Below, piece by piece: positions 49,724 to 59,467 of a stretch of DNA of 64,000 nt. This DNA is from Dehalococcoidia bacterium (GTDB lineage Bacteria; Chloroflexota; Dehalococcoidia; UBA6926). The translations under genes were made by a program, and so were the position numbers. Below the pieces are notes generated by a model that made no database searches, was not told where the DNA came from, and worked only from the letters and a program-made list of their open reading frames with translations. The stretch is from positions 155,547 through 219,546 of the forward strand of contig OZ250138.1 of assembly GCA_965237465.1 (NCBI GenBank), in the 5' to 3' direction. The first letter of the stretch is position 1, and each line of letters begins with the position of its first letter.

Positions 49724-50805
49724 GGGTCGGCCTGGTCATCTACGGAACTCTGGATACCCTCTCGGGTGGATTCCTGTATGACCGCAAGCTGGTGGAGCAT
49801 CTTCGTGAGGCGGGCGATCACGTTGAGATCATCTCAATACCGTGGCGCAACTACGGACTGCATCTGACCGATGCGTTTTCAAGAGCCCTCCGCCGACAGC
49901 TTGAGGCTGCCAACGTCGATGTGATGCTCCAGGATGAGCTGAATCACCCGTCGCTCTTTCGCGTAAATCGAATCCTGCGCGGGCGGTGGCCGATCATATC
50001 CATCGTGCATCACCTCCGTTCCAGCGAGAAACGCGCCGCCTGGAAGAACCGTGCCTACCGAGCCATTGAGTGGCGCTATTTGGCGACCGTCGACGGCTTC
50101 ATATTCAATAGCGAGACGACACGCGATGTTGTTCACGGGCTTGTGGGCGACGCACGTCCCCACGTCGTGGCGTTTCCGGCCGGGGACCGCCTGCAGAGCG
50201 CCGTGACCGAAGAGCGCATTGCATCGCGCGCAAATGAAGATGGTCCCCTCAGGATTCTGTTTCTTGGAAACGTCATTGAGCGGAAGGAGCTGCACGTCCT
50301 GCTGGACGCCGTGTCGCAGATGCGCGATGTGGCTTGGCGGCTGGACGTCGTCGGCGGGCTTGAGGTTGAGCCCGGATACACACATCGGGTCAAGGCTCAA
50401 ACCGGCAGCCTTGGCCTCGACGATCGCGTATCGTTCCACGGGCCACTCATGGACGATGACTTAAGGCGGAGTCTGTCGCATGCTCACGCGCTCGTCGTGC
50501 CGTCATCGTATGAGGGATTTGGAATCGTCTATCTTGAGGCAATGGCGTTCGGCGCGCCTGCGATAGCGACAAGTTCCGGGGCGGCGCACGAGATAATCAG
50601 TCACGGCTCAGATGGATTTCTCATTCCGCCCGGAGACGCGACACGGCTAGCGGCGCATCTCAGGGAGCTTGCCATGAATCGGAATCGCCTGGCGGAGATG
50701 GGCATCGCGGCGCTCCACCGCTTTGCGCGGCATCCGACCTGGGCAGATTCGGCATCAAGTATCCGCGAGTTCTTGGTGAGTGTCACAGGCAGTCACCATG
50801 CCTGA
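49720..50805 (+). CDS. Glycosyltransferase family 4
   Basis: SGGFLYDR, GNVIERK, PS.YEGFGIVYLEAMAFG; TTG start overlapping the upstream stop. Confidence 0.9.
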   Translation: MRVGLVIYGTLDTLSGGFLYDRKLVEHLREAGDHVEIISIPWRNYGLHLTDAFSRALRRQLEAANVDVMLQDELNHPSLFRVNRILRGRWPIISIVHHLRSSEKRAAWKNRAYRAIEWRYLATVDGFIFNSETTRDVVHGLVGDARPHVVAFPAGDRLQSAVTEERIASRANEDGPLRILFLGNVIERKELHVLLDAVSQMRDVAWRLDVVGGLEVEPGYTHRVKAQTGSLGLDDRVSFHGPLMDDDLRRSLSHAHALVVPSSYEGFGIVYLEAMAFGAPAIATSSGAAHEIISHGSDGFLIPPGDATRLAAHLRELAMNRNRLAEMGIAALHRFARHPTWADSASSIREFLVSVTGSHHA

Positions 50806-51685
50806 GCCGCAAGCCTACGACTATGTCCGCTATCTTGCGGCCAAGGCGGCCATTGACGATAGGTCGCTCAACCCCCTTGTCATTGAGGCGCTGCGCCGCA
50901 ACGTGCGTCCTGTGTCAGAAGCACGTCCCCTTTCCGTCATTGAGCTTGGCGCAGGGGTAGGGAGCACCTTTCGCCGACTATATCAAGCTGAGATTGTGAC
51001 GTCGGGCGTGTACAGGATGGTGGACCTCGATCAACGCAGCCTGGATGAGGCCGCGCGAGTCGCGGAGGCCGAGATTGGGCAGGAAGGCCGGGATTCGCTG
51101 CGCGTAGAGATTCACGCATCGGATGCGACAGCGTATCTGCGCGAGGACGCCGTAACGGGTCAGCAAGCGGACTTGATTGTCGCCCAGGCCTTAATTGATA
51201 TGCTGAACGTTCCGATGCTTATCGAGGCGGTTTCCGAACGGCTGAGCCCAGGCGGCCTGCTGTATGCGCCAATTACATTTGACGGCGACACTGCCTTTGA
51301 GCCGGTCATCGAACCTGAGCTAGACGCACGGATCATCGCGGCCTACCACCGGACGATGGACGCGCGCCGCACGCCGGACGGCCTTCCCACCGGCGGCAGC
51401 ACAGCGGGTCGCGCAATGCTGACCGAGCTAAGGCTCGCTGCTATGGAGATCATCGAAGCCGCCGCCTCGGACTGGGTAGTCTTTCCGCGTGCTGGCGGTT
51501 ATTCGGAGGACGAATCGTATTTCCTTCACCACATCGTCAACACGGTGTGGGAGGCGCTGCGCGACGATTCCGAACTCGGCGGCGATAGCCTCGCCGCGTG
51601 GATTAAGGAACGACACGGGCAGATTGAGCGAGGAGAACTGATCTACATCGCGCACCAACTGGACGCGCTTGCCCGCAAGCCTTGA
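50798..51685 (+). CDS. Class I SAM-dependent methyltransferase-like protein
   Basis: YL.AK..IDDRS N-terminus, ELGAGVG, L.PGG, TFDG. Confidence 0.8.
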   Translation: MPEPQAYDYVRYLAAKAAIDDRSLNPLVIEALRRNVRPVSEARPLSVIELGAGVGSTFRRLYQAEIVTSGVYRMVDLDQRSLDEAARVAEAEIGQEGRDSLRVEIHASDATAYLREDAVTGQQADLIVAQALIDMLNVPMLIEAVSERLSPGGLLYAPITFDGDTAFEPVIEPELDARIIAAYHRTMDARRTPDGLPTGGSTAGRAMLTELRLAAMEIIEAAASDWVVFPRAGGYSEDESYFLHHIVNTVWEALRDDSELGGDSLAAWIKERHGQIERGELIYIAHQLDALARKP

Positions 51686-51697
51686 TCCGCCAAATGC

Positions 51698-52681
51698 TTA
51701 GTCGTCGTCGGGCGGCTCATCATCCAGGACAATCATGTCGCCCGCGCCGCGCGCGATAAGGGAGTCGAGTAGACGCTGACCTATGTCGGTTGCCGGCGCT
51801 GAAGGATGGGCCGTCAGCGATTCCCTGAGAACAGTGCTTCCATCAACCGTCGCGGCAAGGGCCTCAATTGACAGCGTGTCGTCGTTAACGGATGCAAGGC
51901 ACGCAAGGGGCGTCCGGCAAAATCCGCCAATCGCCGCAAGAAATGCCCGCTCTGCGTCGGCGGCGACGCGCTCCATTGGATCCTCGGTCATGGCCGCAAT
52001 GGCGCAAGCGTCCGTGTCATCCTCGCGGCATTCGATGCTGATAAAGCCCTGGCCGACGGCTGGCAGCATCACGTCCGGTTGAAGATACTCGGCGATCGCG
52101 TCCTGCATCCCGAGCCGGATGAGGCCCACCGCGGCGAGCACGGCGGCGTCGGCCTCTATGGCGCGCCCTTCGCCTGTTACCTTGCGAATGCGCGTATCCA
52201 CGTTGCCGCGGAGCAGGACTATTTCCAGATCGGGCCTGTGTTCAAGAACCTGCGCGGCGCGGCGTAGGCTGCCGGTTCCCACGCGCGCGCCCGGAGGCAG
52301 GTTTGCGAGAGTGAGACCGTCCCGTGAGACCAGGGCGTCCCGTGGGTCGCCGCGCGGCATAACGGCCGCAAGCGTGTGTCCGGGCGGGAGTCGCGTGGGC
52401 AAGTCCTTGAGGCTGTGTACGGCGAAGTCAATCTCATCGTTGGCCAGGGCGATCTGGATTTCCTTCACAAATACGCCTTGGCCCAGATCCGGTATCGGCG
52501 TGTTGGGCCGACGGTCGGCCGTTGTTTCAATGCCTACGATTTCAAAGGCGATGTCCGGCCGCCTTGTAGCCGCCGCGTTGACGAATATTTCCGTCTGAAT
52601 GATGGCGAGGCGACTGGAACGCGTGCCGACGCGGAATGTGCGCCCGCCGCTCGACGCCGTCACGATGACCTCGCCGCCCAT
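51698..52681 (-). CDS. hemC: Hydroxymethylbilane synthase
   Basis: GTRSSRLA..Q, GVFVKEI, AVHSLKDLP, GTGSLRR, RGNVDTR, GGFC. Confidence 0.96.
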   Translation of the reverse strand: MGGEVIVTASSGGRTFRVGTRSSRLAIIQTEIFVNAAATRRPDIAFEIVGIETTADRRPNTPIPDLGQGVFVKEIQIALANDEIDFAVHSLKDLPTRLPPGHTLAAVMPRGDPRDALVSRDGLTLANLPPGARVGTGSLRRAAQVLEHRPDLEIVLLRGNVDTRIRKVTGEGRAIEADAAVLAAVGLIRLGMQDAIAEYLQPDVMLPAVGQGFISIECREDDTDACAIAAMTEDPMERVAADAERAFLAAIGGFCRTPLACLASVNDDTLSIEALAATVDGSTVLRESLTAHPSAPATDIGQRLLDSLIARGAGDMIVLDDEPPDDD

Positions 52682-54165
52682 TCGAGGGCTGCGTCGATTA
52701 TGCCGTTCGCTGTGTGCGCTGCTGCCTCGACCGCGATCGTCAGGCCCAGAGACTCCGCCGCTCGCGTTGTCGTGGGTCCTGCCGAGATGAATGCTGCGTC
52801 CCTAACCTGAACCGCCGCATTGTCGAGAGCCTCCACCAGGTTGCGCGCTGTTGACGGACTTGTCAGCACGATGGCGTCCACGCCGCGCGAGAGGGCATCA
52901 TTGGCGCGCCGCGCGAGGTCTGGGCCGGGCAACGTCTGGTATGCGATGACGGGCCATGGCGTCAACCCGTGGCCGCGCAGGGCATCCGGGAGCGCGTCAT
53001 CGGCTAGGTCGCCACGCGGCAGCAACACGGTATAGCCAGGTTGTGAGGCGGCCGCCAGGGTCTCGGCAAGGGCGCGTGAATTGAATTGGTCCGGCATGGC
53101 GTCATGGCGAAGGCCAACTCGGGCGAGCGCAGACGCTGTTGCGGGGCCAACGACGGCAAGACGAGCGCCCGCCAGCGCCCGCGAATCCAGGCCGGAGGCC
53201 AGCAGGCGCTTCATGAAATAATCCACGCCGTTGGCGCTGGTGAAGGAGAGCCATTGGAATTCACTTATGCGCTCCAGAGCGGCATCGACCTGCGACCAAT
53301 CGTCCGGCTCGCCAAAGCTGACAGCCGGGATGTGAACAGGTTCCGCGCCGGCGGCGTCCAGCAGCGCGATAAGCTCCGTTGCACGGGTCTCGCCCCTAAG
53401 CGCCATGATTCGCTTGCCGAAGAGCGGTCGCCGCTCGTACCAGGCGATGTCCTCTCTCAAGTGAACCACGTCGCCGCAGATCAAGATAGCAGGAGCGCGG
53501 ACGCCCGCTCGTTGCGCCCTGTCCGCGATTGCTCCGACCGTCGCGACCGTCGTGCGCTGGCGAGATGTCGTACCCCACTCGATGAGCGCGGCGGGCGCCT
53601 CTTCCGGCCAACCCTCTCGGCGCAGTGATTCAACGACGTCTGGCAGCGCACGCACGCCCATCAGGGCGATGACAGTCTCATTAGACGAGACTGTGGTTGA
53701 ATCGCCGTCAAGGCCGCGTTGCCCGGTGATGATGCGGAGCGAAGAAGCGTGACGGCGATCAGTGACGGGGATTCCTGCGTAGGCAGGGGCGGCCAGCGCG
53801 GACGTCACGCCCGGGACGACCTCAAACACGATTCCGGCCGCTGCCAGCGCGCTCGCCTCCTCGCCGCCCCGACCAAAGAGAAACGGGTCGCCGCCCTTCA
53901 GCCGAACAACGGTGTTGCCGGCGCCGGCGCGGTCAATCAACAGGCGGTTTATTTCATCCTGTGTCCTGCCGTCCTGACGCGCCGGATGCTTGCCCACGTC
54001 AGCAAGCTCAGCATCGTCGCGGGCCTCAGCGAGAAGCGAGGGGTTCACCAACCTGTCATAGACGACAACGTCGGCGCGTCGAAGAGCGCGCAGGCCCTTG
54101 ACGGTTATGAGCCCTGGGTCCCCCGGGCCGGCGCCCACAAGGTAGACCCTGCCGTCCTCATTCAC
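52660..54165 (-). CDS. cobA: Uroporphyrinogen-III C-methyltransferase / uroporphyrinogen-III synthase fusion (CobA-HemD)
   Basis: VYLVGAGPGDPGL, VRLKGGDPFLFGRGGEE, then HemD domain FTSANGV, VGPAT, LTSPST. Confidence 0.93.
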   Translation of the reverse strand: MNEDGRVYLVGAGPGDPGLITVKGLRALRRADVVVYDRLVNPSLLAEARDDAELADVGKHPARQDGRTQDEINRLLIDRAGAGNTVVRLKGGDPFLFGRGGEEASALAAAGIVFEVVPGVTSALAAPAYAGIPVTDRRHASSLRIITGQRGLDGDSTTVSSNETVIALMGVRALPDVVESLRREGWPEEAPAALIEWGTTSRQRTTVATVGAIADRAQRAGVRAPAILICGDVVHLREDIAWYERRPLFGKRIMALRGETRATELIALLDAAGAEPVHIPAVSFGEPDDWSQVDAALERISEFQWLSFTSANGVDYFMKRLLASGLDSRALAGARLAVVGPATASALARVGLRHDAMPDQFNSRALAETLAAASQPGYTVLLPRGDLADDALPDALRGHGLTPWPVIAYQTLPGPDLARRANDALSRGVDAIVLTSPSTARNLVEALDNAAVQVRDAAFISAGPTTTRAAESLGLTIAVEAAAHTANGIIDAALEWAARSS

Positions 54166-54799
54166 CGGCCTGATCCGTAAGGAGTCCAAGCAGTCGTGCG
54201 CGAAGTGCCGCAGAGTCTCCGTTGGTGATCAGCGAGCGCGTTTCAGCATCGTCCAGGGCGGCTTGCCAACGCCGGGGTGGCGTTCTTGTCCCAGCAAGTC
54301 GAAGCTCGGCCCGGATGTCCGCAAGGACGTCGATCAGCATCTCATATTCATTGGGCAACGCGCGATCAATCTCACGGCGCAGGAAACCGGCCATTGCGGG
54401 GCTGCGGCCGTTAGTTGAAATCGCTACCGTGGCATCGCCGCGCCGGACAAGGGCAGGGTAGATCCACGTGCAAAGGTCTGTGATGTCGACGACATTGAGG
54501 AGGACGCGCTCTCGCTCGGCCTCGGCGTGGATCTTTTCGCTCAGCGGGCGATCATGCGTCGTCGCTGAGATGGCGAGGAATGCCCCCGCGAGGTCGCCAT
54601 CACGGTAGGACCGAGTATGGAGTGCAATCTCGCGACGCTCGGCCATTTCGGTGAACCGAGGACGATCCTCCGGGCAAATGACAGTCACGTCTGCGCCCGC
54701 GTCCACGAGCGCCCCGGCCTTCATTTGGGCCTCATCATCCTCTCCGATGACGACGCAACGACGGCCGCGCAGATCAAGGTAAATAGGAAAATAGCCCAT
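54158..54799 (-). CDS. Precorrin-2 dehydrogenase / sirohydrochlorin ferrochelatase (CysG N-terminal / SirC-Met8-like)
   Basis: YFPIYLDLRGRRCVVIG, NVVD...C, AIST.GRSP. Confidence 0.9.
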   Translation of the reverse strand: MGYFPIYLDLRGRRCVVIGEDDEAQMKAGALVDAGADVTVICPEDRPRFTEMAERREIALHTRSYRDGDLAGAFLAISATTHDRPLSEKIHAEAERERVLLNVVDITDLCTWIYPALVRRGDATVAISTNGRSPAMAGFLRREIDRALPNEYEMLIDVLADIRAELRLAGTRTPPRRWQAALDDAETRSLITNGDSAALRARLLGLLTDQAGE

Positions 54800-54824
54800 G
54801 AGACCCCGCCTGCCTGCCGCAGCT

Positions 54825-55685
54825 TTATGATCCGGAGGCCGAAACTGATCCGGCCGGCGCCCGCTCTCCGGCGGCAAAGTGGTCCGCCAACGCGATGACC
54901 AGAGGCCCCATCTTTGGGTGCTCCGGCTCTACGTGAGGCGCGATGCCGTGCTCGCGCAAGGCCCGCGAGCATACCGGGCCGACGGATGCAACGACGATAT
55001 CCTCGGCCATCGCATCTTGTAGATCGCGAGCCATGGAGTTGTCATCTGCAATACGCATGAGGTTTCGGACTTGCGATTGCGTTGTGAACATGACGGCGTC
55101 AGCGTCCCGCGCGATGATGCGCCGGATCGCGTCCACCACTGGGGCGGTATCCTCCGGGAGTTCCCACACGTATAGCGACGCTTCCATGACCTCTGCGCCC
55201 ATCGCGACCAGCTCGCTTCTGAGATACGCATTGATCTCGCCGTAGTGCTGTAGTGCGACCCGCTTGCCGCGAAAGTCCCAGCCTGTGTCTTTGACGGCTG
55301 AGACAAGGTCCTCTGACATGAACGGCTCCGGCGCAATGAGGGCAATCGGGATTGAATTCTGGCGCATGACGGCGACGGGCTTGGGGCCCCGGCAGATGAT
55401 CTTTGTATCATGCAACGCTGCCAGGAACTCATCCTTGCGGCCAAGCTCATCCGCAGCATTTATGAGCGCCCGCGCCCCCACTCCCGTTAGGAAAACGGCG
55501 GCTTCCACGGTCCGCCTGCAAATTGCGTCGACCATGTCCTGGACGTCTTGACGCATGGGCAGCGGAACTTCCCGCAGGGCCGGCGCATTCACAGGGTCGC
55601 CGCCATGGCGCGAAACAAGCGCGGCCAACTCCGAGGGCATGCGGCCCTCCAGGACCACGACTCGTCGTCCTCCAAGGTCTGCCAC
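54825..55685 (-). CDS. Stand-alone uroporphyrinogen-III synthase (HemD-like)
   Basis: FLTGVG, RGPKP, Y.W..P, FT...QV, SVGPV, PKMG. Confidence 0.85.
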   Translation of the reverse strand: MADLGGRRVVVLEGRMPSELAALVSRHGGDPVNAPALREVPLPMRQDVQDMVDAICRRTVEAAVFLTGVGARALINAADELGRKDEFLAALHDTKIICRGPKPVAVMRQNSIPIALIAPEPFMSEDLVSAVKDTGWDFRGKRVALQHYGEINAYLRSELVAMGAEVMEASLYVWELPEDTAPVVDAIRRIIARDADAVMFTTQSQVRNLMRIADDNSMARDLQDAMAEDIVVASVGPVCSRALREHGIAPHVEPEHPKMGPLVIALADHFAAGERAPAGSVSASGS

Positions 55686-55734
55686 GCGCGCCTTGCCTCC
55701 GGGCTATGGTTGCGGATTGGTCCCGATCAGATGC

Positions 55735-57537
55735 CTACGTGGCGCACTCGCCCTCGCCGCGCTCCATCATGTACAGAACGGTCTTGTCATAGTCGATGTA
55801 CTGATCAAGGTTCGCCTTGTTCAAGGGACCAACTTCAGCGTACTCCTTGATGACCGCCTCAAAAGGCTCTCGGCCCAGCCGATGGGCAAAGTCCTTGAAG
55901 AGCTCGCCCTCCTGGCGCTCATCCTTGTAGAAACGCAGCACCTTGAAGACGGCCTCGGTTACGCGCTTCGCGGGAATCTTGCCCCGCGGCCTGACGCCGA
56001 AGCGGGTGTCGGCGTTCTCGTGACTGCCGCCCAGGAAGACTTCATAGGCGGGGATCTGTCCGCCCATGGGCCCCTTGATGAATGCGCCGTGGAAGCCAAT
56101 GTCCGAGACGTGATGGCGCCCGCACCCGTTGGGGCAGCCGCTCATCTTGATGTGCATCTGCTTGATAAGGGGATCCTCAAGGAGGCTGGCGTGGCCGTTC
56201 GGATTCCTGACCGCATCCGCGACAGCCTTGTTGAGTCCCATGGATGAGGTGATGCCCAATTTACAGCTATCCGTGCCGGGGCAGGAAGTGACGTCCGTGA
56301 TCTGGTTCATGCCGCCTTCGGCCATATCAAGCGCCTTCAAGTCCTGATATACGTCATACAGGTAGGCGTCGGGCACCCAGCGAAGCATCAGGTTCTGCTC
56401 CGGCGTGGTGCGGATGCGGTAGCTGGCGTGCTGGCGTGAAATCTCGGAGACGCCTCTGAACTGTTCCGGCGAGAGGTCGCCACGCGTCACGGTGATGCCG
56501 ACAAAGTTGTAGCCCTCCTGGGTTTGCGGGATCACGTTGGATTTCCGCCACGCCTGAAAGGCTGCATCGTCCTGGCCGCGAGTCTCCAGGCCCTCCGGGA
56601 GCGCCGGGATGTCCGCCGCCTCATCGTCATGGAAGAGCAGGTAATCGCGATCGGCGTAGTCTTGCGCCCAGTCCTGCTGCAGCTCCTCCTCCACCTGCTG
56701 GCGGAAAGAGTCGATGCCCTCTGTGTGAATGAGGACCTTAATACGGGCCTTCATCTTATTGCGGCGCAGCCATGCGGTGCGATTGAACACGCGGAGCATC
56801 GCCTCCGAGACGCGAAGAAAGTCATCAACGGGGACGAACTCATAGATCGTCTCCGCGATGAGAGGCTGAATCGATGTGCCGCCGCCAACGACGATCTTGA
56901 ATCCCTTGACCTGTTCGCCATTCTCTTCACGGACGCGCGCGACGAATCCAAGGTCATGCATCGTCACGGTTGCGCAATCGTGGTCGCCGCAGGAGAAGGC
57001 GGGCTTCACCTTGCGCGGCATATGGAACGTAAAATCACGCCGGACAAAGTTGCGGACAAAGGCGCCCATGTAAGGCAGAATGTCGAAGGCCTGTTGGGGG
57101 TCGATTCCGGCCATCGGGCAGGCGGTAACGTTGCGGACGGAATTGCCGCATGCTTCCTTGGTGCTCAGGCCGACGTCCTGCAAGAGGTGCATTGCTTTAC
57201 CGGCATCCTCAAGCAGGAGGTGGTGCAACTGGATATTCTCGCGCGTGGTGATGTGGCCCTTGTTTAGCGGGGCGTAGCGCTCGGCAATCTCGCCTATCGC
57301 GTCCCACTGGTCCGCGTGGACAAGCCCGCCCGGGATTTTGATCCGAAACATCTGGGCATCTGACTGTCGCTGTCCGTAAACGCCCAGGCGGAGCCGGAAA
57401 GACATGAATTCGTCTTCGGGAATCTCCCCGTCGCGAAACTCCTTGACCCTTCCTTCATAGTCGGCGATTTCCTCGTCCAGGTACTGGATTATCGAGGGAC
57501 GGGCGGAACGACTACCCGTCTGTGTTGACGTATTCAT
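55735..57537 (-). CDS. sir: Ferredoxin-dependent sulfite (nitrite/sulfite) reductase
   Basis: FRLRLGVYGQRQ, TTRENIQ, CPGTDSC and SGCPNGC siroheme/[4Fe-4S] ligands; lies in sulfate operon. Confidence 0.9.
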   Translation of the reverse strand: MNTSTQTGSRSARPSIIQYLDEEIADYEGRVKEFRDGEIPEDEFMSFRLRLGVYGQRQSDAQMFRIKIPGGLVHADQWDAIGEIAERYAPLNKGHITTRENIQLHHLLLEDAGKAMHLLQDVGLSTKEACGNSVRNVTACPMAGIDPQQAFDILPYMGAFVRNFVRRDFTFHMPRKVKPAFSCGDHDCATVTMHDLGFVARVREENGEQVKGFKIVVGGGTSIQPLIAETIYEFVPVDDFLRVSEAMLRVFNRTAWLRRNKMKARIKVLIHTEGIDSFRQQVEEELQQDWAQDYADRDYLLFHDDEAADIPALPEGLETRGQDDAAFQAWRKSNVIPQTQEGYNFVGITVTRGDLSPEQFRGVSEISRQHASYRIRTTPEQNLMLRWVPDAYLYDVYQDLKALDMAEGGMNQITDVTSCPGTDSCKLGITSSMGLNKAVADAVRNPNGHASLLEDPLIKQMHIKMSGCPNGCGRHHVSDIGFHGAFIKGPMGGQIPAYEVFLGGSHENADTRFGVRPRGKIPAKRVTEAVFKVLRFYKDERQEGELFKDFAHRLGREPFEAVIKEYAEVGPLNKANLDQYIDYDKTVLYMMERGEGECAT

Positions 57538-57634
57538 TGGATCCCCCCTATTGGGCTCTCACACATAGAGTACGCTCGCCAACTATAGAAACTCAAATCG
57601 TTGACGGTGCTATGCCGGAGCCGCCCGACAGCTC

Positions 57635-58816
57635 CTAGCCGCGCGTCGCCTCAATAAGAATCTTCGCAACCTCCGGCCGCGTGAACTCCATCGGCGGAAC
57701 CTGACCGTTGGCAAGCATGTCGCGCACCTGTGTGCCGCTCAGGAGCAAGCGCTCCTCCGGGCCGTGCGGGCAGGTTTTCATGGATGCCATGCCCTCGCAG
57801 CGCTTGCAGAAGAAGGAGTGATCGAAGAAGAGCGGGGTGATGCCCAAATCGGCGGGCGGTATGCTGCGGAGCAGGTCCTGCGCCTCATATGTGCCGTAAT
57901 AGGAACCGACGCCGGCATGATCACGACCGACAATGAAGTGCGTGCAGCCGTAGTTCTTGCGAACGAGGGCGTGGAACACAGCCTCGCGCGGCCCCGCATA
58001 GCGCATGGCGGCGGGTAGAACGGACAGATGCACGCGATCCTCCGGGTAATAGCCGTCAAGCAGCGCCTCATAGCACTTCATTCGGACGTTTGCGGGGATG
58101 TCGTCAGGCTTGGTCTCACCGACCAGAGGGTGGAGCAGGAGGCCGTCCACGATCTCCAGCGCGGCCTTTTGGATGTACTCGTGCGCGCGGTGGACGGGGT
58201 TGCGGGTCTGGAAGCCGACGATTGTCCGCCAACGCCGCTCCGCGAACGCGGCGCGGGTCTGCGCCGGGTCTTCGCGGTAGGGACGCAACTCCGACTCCAG
58301 ATTCTCGCGCTCGATGACGGTGACCGCGCCTCCAATGAGCATTTCGTCCTGGCGGTAGACGGAGGCGACTCCGGGGTGAGCCTCGTCTGTTGTGCCGAAG
58401 ACGTTCTGGGCCTCTTCCTGCTTGTCGTAGGGGTAGACCTCGTCCACGGTCAGGATGCCCAGGTGCCTGCCGGTATGATCCTGGAGCACGACGTCGTCGC
58501 CCAGTTTCAGCCCGCGCGCCGTATCCGCGGGGGCCGACAGGGTGATGGGCAGGCTCCAGAGTGTGCTGTCCGCGAGTCGCATCTCATGCACGGTGCGTTC
58601 GTAGTCGGCCTGGTTCATGAAACCGGTCAGGGGGCTCATTGCGCCGACGGCGATGAGATCCAGATCCGCGGTTTCGCGCAGGCCCAGCGTGATGTGGGTC
58701 AGTTCCGGCGCGCGCTCGCGAATCTCCGTGGCCTGGTCCGGGGACGCGAATCGGTCGACCAACGTTCCGCCGTGCGGGGCGATGGCGTATGTGGGTTCTG
58801 CGGTAAGTGTTGCCAT
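57635..58816 (-). CDS. sat: Sulfate adenylyltransferase
   Basis: PHGGTLV, FQTRNPVHRAHE, MRYAGPREA, GRDHAG, SGT.VR. Confidence 0.97.
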   Translation of the reverse strand: MATLTAEPTYAIAPHGGTLVDRFASPDQATEIRERAPELTHITLGLRETADLDLIAVGAMSPLTGFMNQADYERTVHEMRLADSTLWSLPITLSAPADTARGLKLGDDVVLQDHTGRHLGILTVDEVYPYDKQEEAQNVFGTTDEAHPGVASVYRQDEMLIGGAVTVIERENLESELRPYREDPAQTRAAFAERRWRTIVGFQTRNPVHRAHEYIQKAALEIVDGLLLHPLVGETKPDDIPANVRMKCYEALLDGYYPEDRVHLSVLPAAMRYAGPREAVFHALVRKNYGCTHFIVGRDHAGVGSYYGTYEAQDLLRSIPPADLGITPLFFDHSFFCKRCEGMASMKTCPHGPEERLLLSGTQVRDMLANGQVPPMEFTRPEVAKILIEATRG

Positions 58817-58819
58817 GGT

Positions 58820-59395
58820 CTAGGTCATCGCCCCCACCAACTCGCTGGCCGTGCCCTTGGGCGCGAATCCTCGCTCCTCCAGAGCGGCCAGAACCTTGCC
58901 GAGGCTCTCCTCAATGGACTCCTGCTCCGTGTTGACAAGCACCTCAGGGTTCAGGGGCTCCTCGTAGGGATCTGAGACGCCGGTGAAGTTCGGGATCTCG
59001 CCCTTGATGGCCTTCTCGTAGAGTCCCTTGACGTCGCGTCGCACGAGCTCATCAAGGGAGGCCTCGACGTAAACCTCAACAAAGTTGTCGCCGATGTCGT
59101 TGCGCACTTCGTCTCGCACCTCGCGGTAGGGGGAAATGGCGGATACGATGCTGACGACGCCGTTGCGCGTCAGCAGGTTGCTCACGAATCCGATGCGTCG
59201 AATGTTGGTGTCGCGATCTTCTTTGCTGAAACCGAGGCCTTTGCTGAGGTTCGTGCGAACCACATCGCCGTCCAGCAACTCAGACTTTACGCTCTGATCC
59301 CGCAGCACTGCGAGCAGGCGCTCTGCGATTGTGCTCTTGCCGGCGCCTGAAAGGCCGGTGAACCAGACTGTTGCTCCCTTGTGAGGTGTCTCCAA
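58820..59395 (-). CDS. cysC: Adenylyl-sulfate kinase
   Basis: [44 protein letters not shown]. Confidence 0.97.
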   Translation of the reverse strand: METPHKGATVWFTGLSGAGKSTIAERLLAVLRDQSVKSELLDGDVVRTNLSKGLGFSKEDRDTNIRRIGFVSNLLTRNGVVSIVSAISPYREVRDEVRNDIGDNFVEVYVEASLDELVRRDVKGLYEKAIKGEIPNFTGVSDPYEEPLNPEVLVNTEQESIEESLGKVLAALEERGFAPKGTASELVGAMT

Positions 59396-59467
59396 CGTGA
59401 CTCTCCTTCTGTGATTGTTTGCCGTTTCTGTTTCTTTACTAACGTGTGTTTGTGACGCGCGACCGGA

